Part shown: positions 17,004 to 24,562 of the stretch, in pieces
Layout: each line of letters opens with the position of its first letter
How positions within the stretch are numbered: position 1 is the stretch's first letter
Assembly (NCBI GenBank): GCA_023898565.1
Contig: CP060228.1
Location: 624,594 to 688,593, forward strand
Direction of reading: 5' to 3'
Length of the DNA stretch: 64,000 nucleotides
Source of the DNA: Candidatus Nomurabacteria bacterium
GTDB lineage: Bacteria; Patescibacteriota; Minisyncoccia; Phycocordibacterales; UBA918
The notes under the pieces: generated by a model
Database searches by the model: none
Seen by the model: the letters and a program-made list of their open reading frames with translations, nothing else
Told to the model about the DNA's origin: nothing
Position numbers and translations under genes: made by a program

Positions 17004-18310
17004 AACTCAGACCCTTTGAATTAGCATTGGTGGTTATCTTTGGTGGCATGATGATGGCGGCACTCATTATGCTTAAGGTGTATCAGCCGCCGGCAGATCC
17101 CAATGATCCTGCCGTGGTCTTTGATGGTCAGGTAACTATTTGGGGTGTGTTGCCGAGTGGTGAAATTGGTAGTTACCTTGGAGAGCTTGCCGGCGAAAAT
17201 CCTGCCTATGGACAAATTACATATCGTCAGTATTCTCCAGAAGAATTCAATTCAGTATTGGTCAATGCTTTGGCTGATGGTCGGGGTCCAGATTTGCTCC
17301 TTATTTCTCATGAGCAACTCGTACAGATGCGCCCGCGCATTCAACCAATTTCATATGAATCATACCCACTTCGTGATTTTAAAAACAATTACATTGACGG
17401 AGCGGAGATTTTTGCACTGAGTGATGGTCTCTACGGAATGCCTATTGCGGTTGATCCGTTGGTGATGTACTGGAATCGAAATGTTCTCTCTAACGAAGGC
17501 TTTTTGACTGCGCCAAAAACATGGGAGAGCTTGGTGAATGTTATGTTTCCAGCATTGATTGATCGAGGATTTGACCGAGTGATCAACCGCAGCGTGGTGG
17601 CTATGGGCGAATACGGAAACGTACGTAATGCTTTTGGAATCGTTTCCGCATTGTTGATACAGCAAGGTTCACAGGGTGTGGTTGACGTAGATGGAGAATA
17701 CCGTATTCGTCTGCGAAATTCTGTCGCAGCAGACGTTGATCCTTTGTATGCCGCCGCTGATTTCTACACTCGATTTAGCCGTCCAAACAACTCTTTGTAT
17801 TCATGGAATCGTTCTTTTGTGGAGGATCGTCAACAGTTCATCGGTGAGGATTTAGTGTTTTATTTTGGTTACGGAAGTGAAGCGAGTCAAATTGAACGCA
17901 TTAATCCAAATCTTAGTTTTGATATTGCAGAAATGCCACAAGGTGAATCTGCCACGCTCAGACGAACGTATGGTCGGTACTACGCATTGGTCGCGTTAAA
18001 ATCATCAGATAATTTAAACGGTGCTTTGGCTGTAATGTCAAACCTGGCCACTTCGGAGAGGTCAGCTGAAATTGCAAGGCGCATCAAGATGGTGCCGGTA
18101 TACCGGAGCTTGGTTGCTGCAGGTAGTAACGACACAATTGGCCGAGTAACATATTATACGGCACCAGTAACGTTTGGCTGGCTTAATCCAGATTTGCAGG
18201 CTTCAGAGGCGTATTTTGAAGCTGCAATGCAAGACATCAACGAAAACAGATCATCGGTAGATGGTGGGGTGTCTGATTTGGTGGGACGTTTGTCAGCTGA
18301 GTATAAATAA
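17000..18310 (+). CDS. membrane-anchored extracellular solute-binding protein-like (SBP family 1-like)
   Basis: N-terminal TM segment, then VTIWGVLPSGEIGSYLGELAGENPAYGQITYRQYSPEEFNSVLVNALADGRGPDLLLISHEQL, which resembles an SBP_bac_1 N-lobe. No permease or ATPase genes are nearby. Confidence 0.5.
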   Translation: MKLRPFELALVVIFGGMMMAALIMLKVYQPPADPNDPAVVFDGQVTIWGVLPSGEIGSYLGELAGENPAYGQITYRQYSPEEFNSVLVNALADGRGPDLLLISHEQLVQMRPRIQPISYESYPLRDFKNNYIDGAEIFALSDGLYGMPIAVDPLVMYWNRNVLSNEGFLTAPKTWESLVNVMFPALIDRGFDRVINRSVVAMGEYGNVRNAFGIVSALLIQQGSQGVVDVDGEYRIRLRNSVAADVDPLYAAADFYTRFSRPNNSLYSWNRSFVEDRQQFIGEDLVFYFGYGSEASQIERINPNLSFDIAEMPQGESATLRRTYGRYYALVALKSSDNLNGALAVMSNLATSERSAEIARRIKMVPVYRSLVAAGSNDTIGRVTYYTAPVTFGWLNPDLQASEAYFEAAMQDINENRSSVDGGVSDLVGRLSAEYK

Positions 18311-18316
18311 AGTGTT

Positions 18317-18697
18317 ATGACTAACTATGTAGAGTTATTAAAGAAGCAGGTTGTATCGAAGAGCGCTTCGGTGATGGTCGCGATTCTTGCTCTTACGCCG
18401 CTTGTCTCTTCAGCCCAGATTAAATTTAATTTAAAATCACCGCTTGATCCCAGTATCGTTACTGTTGAAGGTTTGTTGGTGGCAATTCTTAATGTGTTCA
18501 TTGTGATTGCTACGCCGATTATTGTACTGTTTATTATATACGCCGGTTTTATGTATGTGACAGCCAGAGGAAACGCCCAGCAGGTTGAGCAGGCTACAAG
18601 AGCGTTAACATACGCAGTCATTGGAGGGGTCATCTTGCTCGGTGCGGTGGCTATAGCCGGTATTGTTAAAGGTGTGGTTGATGCGTTTGCGGCTTAA
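18317..18697 (+). CDS. TrbC/VirB2-like type IV secretion pilin family protein, paralog 1
   Basis: Signal/TM segment plus the shared core VIATPIIVLFIIYAGFMYVTARGNAQQVEQA and a second TM helix, as in the CPR T4SS-pilin family. Confidence 0.6.
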   Translation: MTNYVELLKKQVVSKSASVMVAILALTPLVSSAQIKFNLKSPLDPSIVTVEGLLVAILNVFIVIATPIIVLFIIYAGFMYVTARGNAQQVEQATRALTYAVIGGVILLGAVAIAGIVKGVVDAFAA

Positions 18698-18717
18698 TGT
18701 AGTTCGTACACAGTAGT

Positions 18718-18984
18718 ATGTCTGAGCCTTTTAAAAATCCTCTCACCTTTACGTCGATCACTGAAATGATTGTTGCTATCATGAATGTGGTGATTATCAT
18801 TGCTACGCCGATTATCGTTTTCTTTTTAATTTACGCCGGTTTTATGTATGTGACTGCGCAAGGGAATCCGCAGAAGATCGAGATTGCTTCTCGATCGTTA
18901 CTGTACGGTATTATTGGCGGCGTTATTATTTTGGGATCGGTAGCGATTTTGGCGATTGTCAAAAATGTTGTCGGCGCATTTTAA
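18718..18984 (+). CDS. TrbC/VirB2-like pilin family protein, paralog 2
   Basis: IIATPIIVFFLIYAGFMYVTAQGNPQKIEIA is nearly identical in core to paralog 1. Confidence 0.6.
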   Translation: MSEPFKNPLTFTSITEMIVAIMNVVIIIATPIIVFFLIYAGFMYVTAQGNPQKIEIASRSLLYGIIGGVIILGSVAILAIVKNVVGAF

Positions 18985-19002
18985 TACAGATAATTAAAAA
19001 AT

Positions 19003-19254
19003 ATGAAACCAACTACCTATTCAGAACTTGTGGAACTCATCATTAATATTATAAATCTAGCCATTCCAGCTCTCTTTGGTGTTGTCTTTGTGTTTTTTAT
19101 CTGGAAAATGATTGATTCTTGGGTGATTCGTGGTGGCGAAGAATCAGCGCGTGAGGCAGGGAATAAGTACGCTGTTGCAGCAGTGATTGCATTTGTGCTC
19201 ATGATTAGCGCGTGGGGCATCGTAGCGCTCATCAAAGATTCTATTTTTGGATAG
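19003..19254 (+). CDS. small two-TM protein, divergent member of the pilin-like array
   Basis: 83 aa with two hydrophobic helices flanking a charged loop (RGGEESAREAGNK). It sits within the array. Confidence 0.45.
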   Translation: MKPTTYSELVELIINIINLAIPALFGVVFVFFIWKMIDSWVIRGGEESAREAGNKYAVAAVIAFVLMISAWGIVALIKDSIFG

Positions 19255-19256
19255 GT

Positions 19257-19646
19257 ATGAGTACAGTACGCGTGTGGTCTGTGATAGCAATGAGTGCCTT
19301 TGTTTGGCCGTATTCAGTTGCGCATGCGCAAATTGCGAATTCTAGCAATGGTGGATCGCTCCAGTCGTTGCTCATTAATATTTTACATTTTATTAACTCA
19401 ACGATTATCCCCTTTATTATCGGTATTGGGTTTTTATACTTCGTGTGGGGTGTCTTCCTCTACTTTATTGTCGGCGGTGCAGACGAGGAAAAGCGAGCTA
19501 AAGGGCGAAGTTATGTGGTCTCAGCGACAGTGGGATTTGTGGCGATCATTATCTTTTTCGGTGTTATTAACATGCTTGTTTCAAGTACTGGTCTTGAGGG
19601 AGAGTCGCTCCAGTACATGCCGGTAATCCCGCTTATTGGCTCATAG
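19257..19646 (+). CDS. TrbC/VirB2-like pilin family protein, paralog 3
   Basis: Signal peptide ...SVAHA, then IIPFIIGIGFLYFVWGVFLYFIVGGADEEKRAKGRS and a second TM helix. Start trimmed to the ATG at 19257. Confidence 0.6.
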   Translation: MSTVRVWSVIAMSAFVWPYSVAHAQIANSSNGGSLQSLLINILHFINSTIIPFIIGIGFLYFVWGVFLYFIVGGADEEKRAKGRSYVVSATVGFVAIIIFFGVINMLVSSTGLEGESLQYMPVIPLIGS

Positions 19647-19741
19647 TGATATCAGTGTATAACTCTTACAAGATGACTTTTTTTGTCCTATACTATATAG
19701 GTAGACGTTATAACGTTGTTAATTTATAAATATAAATACGT

Positions 19742-20131
19742 ATGAAAAAAATCGGATATCTAGCTGCAAGTGCAAGCACGTTGTTGCTGCCAGCACTTGC
19801 GTCCGCTCAGCTTGCTAATTCCACTAATGGTGATGGTGGGGCGCTGCAGGATTTGATGCAGAACATCCTAGAGTTTGTAAATGGAACCATTATTCCATTC
19901 ATTGTTGGTATCGGCTTCCTTGTATTCGTATGGGGAATGTTCAAGTACTTCATTGCGGGTGGTGCAAATGATGATGCTAAGGAGCAGGGAAAGAGCCTTA
20001 TGATTTATGCGACTCTTGGCTTCGTGCTTATCATTGTATTCTGGGGTATCGTCAATCTTCTTGCTGATACTACTGGTCTTGCTGAAGACTACAACAACAA
20101 CTACACACCAACAGTGGTTGTTCCTAGCTAA
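19742..20131 (+). CDS. TrbC/VirB2-like pilin family protein, paralog 4
   Basis: Signal peptide ...ALASAQ, then IIPFIVGIGFLVFVWGMFKYFIAGGANDDAKEQGKS and a second TM helix. Confidence 0.6.
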   Translation: MKKIGYLAASASTLLLPALASAQLANSTNGDGGALQDLMQNILEFVNGTIIPFIVGIGFLVFVWGMFKYFIAGGANDDAKEQGKSLMIYATLGFVLIIVFWGIVNLLADTTGLAEDYNNNYTPTVVVPS

Positions 20132-20133
20132 TT

Positions 20134-20191
20134 GCTTGCTATATCAACAAAAAGCGCTGGCAAGCCAGCGCTTTTTGTTGATATAGCAAGC
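20134..20191. terminator. 28-bp perfect palindromic hairpin between convergent genes
   Basis: GCTTGCTATATCAACAAAAAGCGCTGGC-AA-GCCAGCGCTTTTTGTTGATATAGCAAGC. Confidence 0.6.
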
Positions 20192-20211
20192 TCCTGCTTT
20201 TTGTGATGGTC

Positions 20212-20919
20212 TTACCAAAACTTCTTGGGTAAGACACGGTACTTTAAGAGCACCAGACCGGCCTCGAGCGCATCCTTGAAGATAATTTTTTTTCCCTCTT
20301 CGGGACTGCGAGGGGTGTATGAGATAGGAAGTTCAGTAATGTTGTAACCGTTGCGTAGCAGCTTTGCGGTTACTTCTGGGCAAAAGCTGAAACGTTCTTC
20401 TTTGAGTTTTAATGTTTGCAAAATATCACGTCGTATCAGCTTGTAGCAAGTTGGTTCGTCGGTAATCTGGCTCCCATATAGAATATTGGTGAGCAAAGAA
20501 AGTGATATGCCTCCATAGTAAAAAATAGTTCTTTTTTCGATATGTAGGTTGCTTTTTGCTCCCAATCGACGTGATCCGTACACAGCTGGTAAATCATGCT
20601 CTACCGCATATTTTAGAAGCGCAGCAATGTCACGTGAATCATATTCTAAATCGGCGTCTTGGATAACTACATACTCACCAGAAGCTGCTGCCAGGCCGGT
20701 CCGGATGGCACCGCTTTTCCCTCGATTTCTTTTGTGTTCAATGAGGGTGATAGGGTGGCTAGATTTTTTAAGGAGCGCAATGGTGGCGTCTGTTGATCCG
20801 TCGTCAACCACAATAATTTCTTTTTTGATACTGCCAAAATCAACAGCACATAATGCGTCCAGCATTTGTTCGATTGTACCTTCTTCATTATAGGCGGGAA
20901 TGATAATTGAGAGTTTCAT
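20212..20919 (-). CDS. GT2-family polyprenyl-phosphate glycosyltransferase (DPM1/GtrB/ArnC-like)
   Basis: MKLSIIIPAYNEEGTIEQ...VVDDGSTDAT...VIQDADLEYD carries the GT-A DXD motifs. Confidence 0.85.
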   Translation of the reverse strand: MKLSIIIPAYNEEGTIEQMLDALCAVDFGSIKKEIIVVDDGSTDATIALLKKSSHPITLIEHKRNRGKSGAIRTGLAAASGEYVVIQDADLEYDSRDIAALLKYAVEHDLPAVYGSRRLGAKSNLHIEKRTIFYYGGISLSLLTNILYGSQITDEPTCYKLIRRDILQTLKLKEERFSFCPEVTAKLLRNGYNITELPISYTPRSPEEGKKIIFKDALEAGLVLLKYRVLPKKFW

Positions 20920-20953
20920 TTGGTTCAGTACTATTGATACATTTTACTATAAA

Positions 20954-21370
20954 CTATACTTTCATGTCCCCAAAGGCATAAAATTTAATGAGTAAAAAGT
21001 TAATCATAAAACTAAAACCAAGTGCGATGATTTTGCTCATCATGACGGGAAAAAGAAACAGTTCAACACAGATTACGACTGTGCCGAGGTTTGCTAAAAA
21101 GCCGACCGCACTTGAGGCAAAGTGTTTTACAAATGTAGCGCCAAAAGAACTTTTGCGCGAGAAGATAAGGAGGTTTGATAGTAAAAAATTGGTGATAGTG
21201 CCGGTTACAAACCCTCCTGAAACTGCAAAAGTGTAGTGCCAAGGCACTGTCTCCAATAGGGCGTATACAGTAGACAGGTCAATCACTGCCGCCATGCCAG
21301 CCACGAAAAAGTACGCAGCAAATTGCTTGCTTACATAGCGGGTACAGATAAATTGATACAACGCTCGCAT
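20954..21370 (-). CDS. GtrA-family small membrane protein (glycolipid flippase-like)
   Basis: 138 aa, four TM segments, C-terminal INFLLIKFYAF resembling the GtrA signature. Adjacent to the GT2 gene. Confidence 0.7.
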   Translation of the reverse strand: MRALYQFICTRYVSKQFAAYFFVAGMAAVIDLSTVYALLETVPWHYTFAVSGGFVTGTITNFLLSNLLIFSRKSSFGATFVKHFASSAVGFLANLGTVVICVELFLFPVMMSKIIALGFSFMINFLLIKFYAFGDMKV

Positions 21371-21403
21371 AATGTTCTGTCTTTACTATGTTACTATGTT
21401 ACT

Positions 21404-23134
21404 ATGTGGCTTAAAAAATATGGTGTGTACGGAGTAGTTTTTATGATTGTCTTCGTATTTTTATTGTGTGCAAAATATCCATTCGCTAATTTTAGCGGCA
21501 CTCGAGATTCATATTATCATACTGGCCATTCGATGGCGTATAAGTTTCACACCCCGTTTAACTATCCGCAGCTGACGTATCTAAATGAATACCCTTCAGA
21601 TCCGTGGTGGGGCTATCACCAGCTTTTGGCTCTGAGCTATACCGGTCTTGAGCAAGGTGATATTAAAGCAATAGTCACCAGGACAATCCTGCTGCATATT
21701 TTTTTGAGTTCGCTACTTATTGTGAGTATTACGCTGTTGGCAGTTGAGTACTACAGACATATGCAGCCTCTATACAAGCGTCTGTTACGTGTGCACAGCA
21801 TTCCGGACGCGCAAACGATCATCTCTGCCGCAACAGTTGCGAAGGTTGTCCTTCCAGTTTTGTTTTTTTTAACGTCGCTCCTGTTTTTGTATCGCGCAAC
21901 TTTTATGGAGCGACCACACGTGCTCATGATCATGTTTGTGGTCATGGGGATGTATTTTTTGCTTAAGCGGCAGTATTGGTGGTTGTCTCTGATGGCAGTT
22001 TTGTCGGTTCTCTGCTATTCGATGTCACTCTTTATATTTTTGCCAGCGACGGTCACGCTGGTTGGTTGGTTGCTTGTGGATCGGTCAAAAACAGGTTTGG
22101 TGGAGGCGATGAAGCCGTTTTGGTATACGGTATTCGGTTTTGTGATTGGGGTGTTACTACATCCGGCGTCGTGGGGGTATTTGCTAAATGGAGTGTTTTT
22201 CCATGCGTTTGCCATACTGCAGAGCTTTTCTTGGTTTATTGATTCTGAATTATCAGTGTTGGGTATACCGGGTGAAATGATGTACAATAAATCGTTAACA
22301 TTTAGTGCTCCGTTGGTTATTCTTACTACCGTATTTACGGGCATAGTATGGCACCGTTTGGTATCGGGTAGAAAGGAATTTCAAGTTTTATCAAGACAAC
22401 ATCGGTCATTGTTTACTATTGAGGCGGGTTTTTCAGTAGTGGCGTTAGCACTCGGACTCGCATCTTTTTTTGTATTGAGAACAGCAGAATACAGCTCACC
22501 GTTTTTATCGGTAGGTTTTGTTGCTTTCTTTTTCGGTTTCCTTTTGCCGGTACTAAAGTTGCTGCATGAAAAAATTATCGAGGATAAGAGCGAGTTCTCA
22601 TCGTTTTACAGACAAGCAGTTCGGGTGTCTGTGGTGTGGTATCGTTCATCTTTACTAAGAGGATTGTTTGTGGTGTGTATTTGCCTCCTCATTGTTTCTG
22701 TATTTACCTATGGCAAAACAAGAGCAAATCTTTACCCGATGGATCGGTTATTAGGTGCGAATAATTTCTTGGCAGGAGAAGAGGGTCGCGGAGTTATTTT
22801 AGGTAATGATTTTGCGTCTTATGCGCAAGGGTCATTCCAAACTCCTGACCACCTATATGCACAGGGCATGGATCCGCGAATGACGTATTTTTTCGATGAG
22901 CAGGTAGGTTTTTGTGTCAACGCTTTTCTGAGAGCAGTCAGAACAGACGGTGTACATTTTGACGGTGATGCGTGTATGCCAGAAGTAGTAGAGCGATTTA
23001 ATATTACCCACTTTTTGCTCGACGGTACTGACGCTACTGATTCTGTGCTCAACTATTACGAAGAACGACTTAATCTAGAATTGGTTTACCAAGACGAAAA
23101 GTACCCGCAAGTAAAAGTGTATAGGGTAGAGTAG
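21404..23134 (+). CDS. large polytopic membrane protein, putative GT-C fold glycosyltransferase (GtrC/YfhO/PMT-like third component)
   Basis: About 577 aa with ~12 predicted TM segments. It is divergent from the gtrA-like/GT2 pair. The ORF-track start at 21323 is TTG; the ATG at 21404 follows a TTACTATG x3 tandem. Confidence 0.45.
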   Translation: MWLKKYGVYGVVFMIVFVFLLCAKYPFANFSGTRDSYYHTGHSMAYKFHTPFNYPQLTYLNEYPSDPWWGYHQLLALSYTGLEQGDIKAIVTRTILLHIFLSSLLIVSITLLAVEYYRHMQPLYKRLLRVHSIPDAQTIISAATVAKVVLPVLFFLTSLLFLYRATFMERPHVLMIMFVVMGMYFLLKRQYWWLSLMAVLSVLCYSMSLFIFLPATVTLVGWLLVDRSKTGLVEAMKPFWYTVFGFVIGVLLHPASWGYLLNGVFFHAFAILQSFSWFIDSELSVLGIPGEMMYNKSLTFSAPLVILTTVFTGIVWHRLVSGRKEFQVLSRQHRSLFTIEAGFSVVALALGLASFFVLRTAEYSSPFLSVGFVAFFFGFLLPVLKLLHEKIIEDKSEFSSFYRQAVRVSVVWYRSSLLRGLFVVCICLLIVSVFTYGKTRANLYPMDRLLGANNFLAGEEGRGVILGNDFASYAQGSFQTPDHLYAQGMDPRMTYFFDEQVGFCVNAFLRAVRTDGVHFDGDACMPEVVERFNITHFLLDGTDATDSVLNYYEERLNLELVYQDEKYPQVKVYRVE

Positions 23135-23154
23135 TATAAAGTTGAGAACCTTCC

Positions 23155-23568
23155 ATGTGGTATCATTTTAGAATGAAACAGTTCTTGCGTACGCATCTCT
23201 ACTTATTTTTGCTTTTTGTTTTGCCGGCAGTAACATTCGCAGCGCCGCCGCCGGGGACGACTGAGGCACAAGCGTTTGTTGACAAGCTCAACTCAGTAAT
23301 TTTGTTCCCAACCATTGCACTTCTCAGTGCCGTGGCGTTCTTTGTATTTTTGTGGGGAACTGCTCAGTACTTCATGAACGCAAATAATGACGCAGCCCGG
23401 GAGCAAGGGGTGAAGCACATCACTTGGGGAATTATTGGCTTGGTAGTGATGTTATCTGCATTTGCTATCTTGGAGCTTGCTACCACAACTGTCGGATTGA
23501 GTAATGAGCTCGATTGCGCTAATGATCCAGCAAACTGCGCCAATAATCCATTTGTGGTGCCTACGTAG
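23155..23568 (+). CDS. TrbC/VirB2-like pilin family protein, paralog 5, with a Cys-containing C-terminal tail
   Basis: Signal peptide, then ALLSAVAFFVFLWGTAQYFMNANNDAAREQGVKH and a second TM helix; the tail contains CANDPANCANNP. Confidence 0.55.
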   Translation: MWYHFRMKQFLRTHLYLFLLFVLPAVTFAAPPPGTTEAQAFVDKLNSVILFPTIALLSAVAFFVFLWGTAQYFMNANNDAAREQGVKHITWGIIGLVVMLSAFAILELATTTVGLSNELDCANDPANCANNPFVVPT

Positions 23569-23591
23569 TGGTGTATAAAAGAAGGCCCGAG

Positions 23592-23622
23592 CGCTTGCGC
23601 TCGGGCCTTTTTAAAAGAACGT
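23592..23622. terminator. hairpin terminator
   Basis: AAGGCCCGAGCGC-TT-GCGCTCGGGCCTT followed by a T-run. Confidence 0.6.
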
Positions 23623-23632
23623 GAAGGAGAGG

Positions 23633-24550
23633 CTACGTCGCCGGTACCGCTTTCACAAAGATAGTTACCTTTGTGATGTCCGGGGTTTTACCCCAGCCAC
23701 TCGTGTACTCGTACTGTACCGACAGACGCAGTGCCAAACGGTACACACCTTGGATGCTGCCGGAATAAGTGAACGGCTTTTCGATTATGGCATAATCCTC
23801 TACCTTGAGGCTACGATGTTTGTGCTGCTCCTTAAATTCAGGAGCAAAATCGTAGACCAGTCTGTGGCCCGGGACCGGTGCTAAGAAGAACTCTTTCGTG
23901 TCGTTACAGACCACGATGTTTTGTCCTTCCGGGAAGACGTCAATGATGCCGCCTTCTTTGCCACAGCCGGCTGGCTTGTCGCCAAAGGCTACCTCGACCG
24001 CGCGAACAATTTTCTCGTCCGCATCGGTCATTGCCAAGGTTACACCGCCGAGAGTTCCAACGACCATGAACACTGCTGCGCCTCCGAACAGAATGATGAG
24101 CAGAAGTCCGATGTTGCCCAGCAAAATATCTACCAGACTATCGTTCCGCCATTTCTTCGGTCCTTTCGGTTTTTTCGGCCACACCATCCAGAGGATGAAA
24201 AGGCCGATGCCGACGGCGACTAAGTCAATCCACCAGCGGTTGGGCTCTACCTCAGCGGGGCTGAAGTGAAGTGCAGTGCCGGTGGGTGTGCTGGCGAACC
24301 AGGTGCCGACTTCGTTAAGGATGTTGGTCCAGTTTGCATATACTGCCAAGAAGGCAGCAACGGCAAGCAAGATTTTCAGCCACTTCAGCTTCATCAGTGA
24401 ACCGATGGAGCTGTTGATATTGCTTCTCAGATTCCCGGTCAAGGTTGGACCGGGTTTCGTACCTTGGGTGCGGAACAAACGATTGATGAATGTTCCGGCC
24501 ATGATGAGTGCTCCGCAGAACACCAGAAACACGATCCAGCCTGTACTCAT
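23633..24550 (-). CDS. hypothetical membrane protein: N-terminal multi-TM half plus a C-terminal soluble domain
   Basis: 305 aa. It lies 12 nt downstream of the SPFH gene on the same strand, so they are probably an operon. Confidence 0.5.
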   Translation of the reverse strand: MSTGWIVFLVFCGALIMAGTFINRLFRTQGTKPGPTLTGNLRSNINSSIGSLMKLKWLKILLAVAAFLAVYANWTNILNEVGTWFASTPTGTALHFSPAEVEPNRWWIDLVAVGIGLFILWMVWPKKPKGPKKWRNDSLVDILLGNIGLLLIILFGGAAVFMVVGTLGGVTLAMTDADEKIVRAVEVAFGDKPAGCGKEGGIIDVFPEGQNIVVCNDTKEFFLAPVPGHRLVYDFAPEFKEQHKHRSLKVEDYAIIEKPFTYSGSIQGVYRLALRLSVQYEYTSGWGKTPDITKVTIFVKAVPAT

Positions 24551-24562
24551 GATGTGTTACTC

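Noticed and set aside
21323-21403. TTG/GTG-initiated extensions of several ORFs (21323, 36059, 48390, 53945, 55805, 16440, 45241, 30857)
   Set aside because: The track apparently allows alternative start codons. In each case an in-frame ATG with better context, or a family-consistent N-terminus, lies a short distance downstream.
21384-21407. TTACTATG x3 tandem repeat as a CRISPR or microsatellite feature
   Set aside because: There are only three 8-nt units in a divergent promoter region, with no spacers and no cas genes. No CRISPR array exists anywhere in the window.
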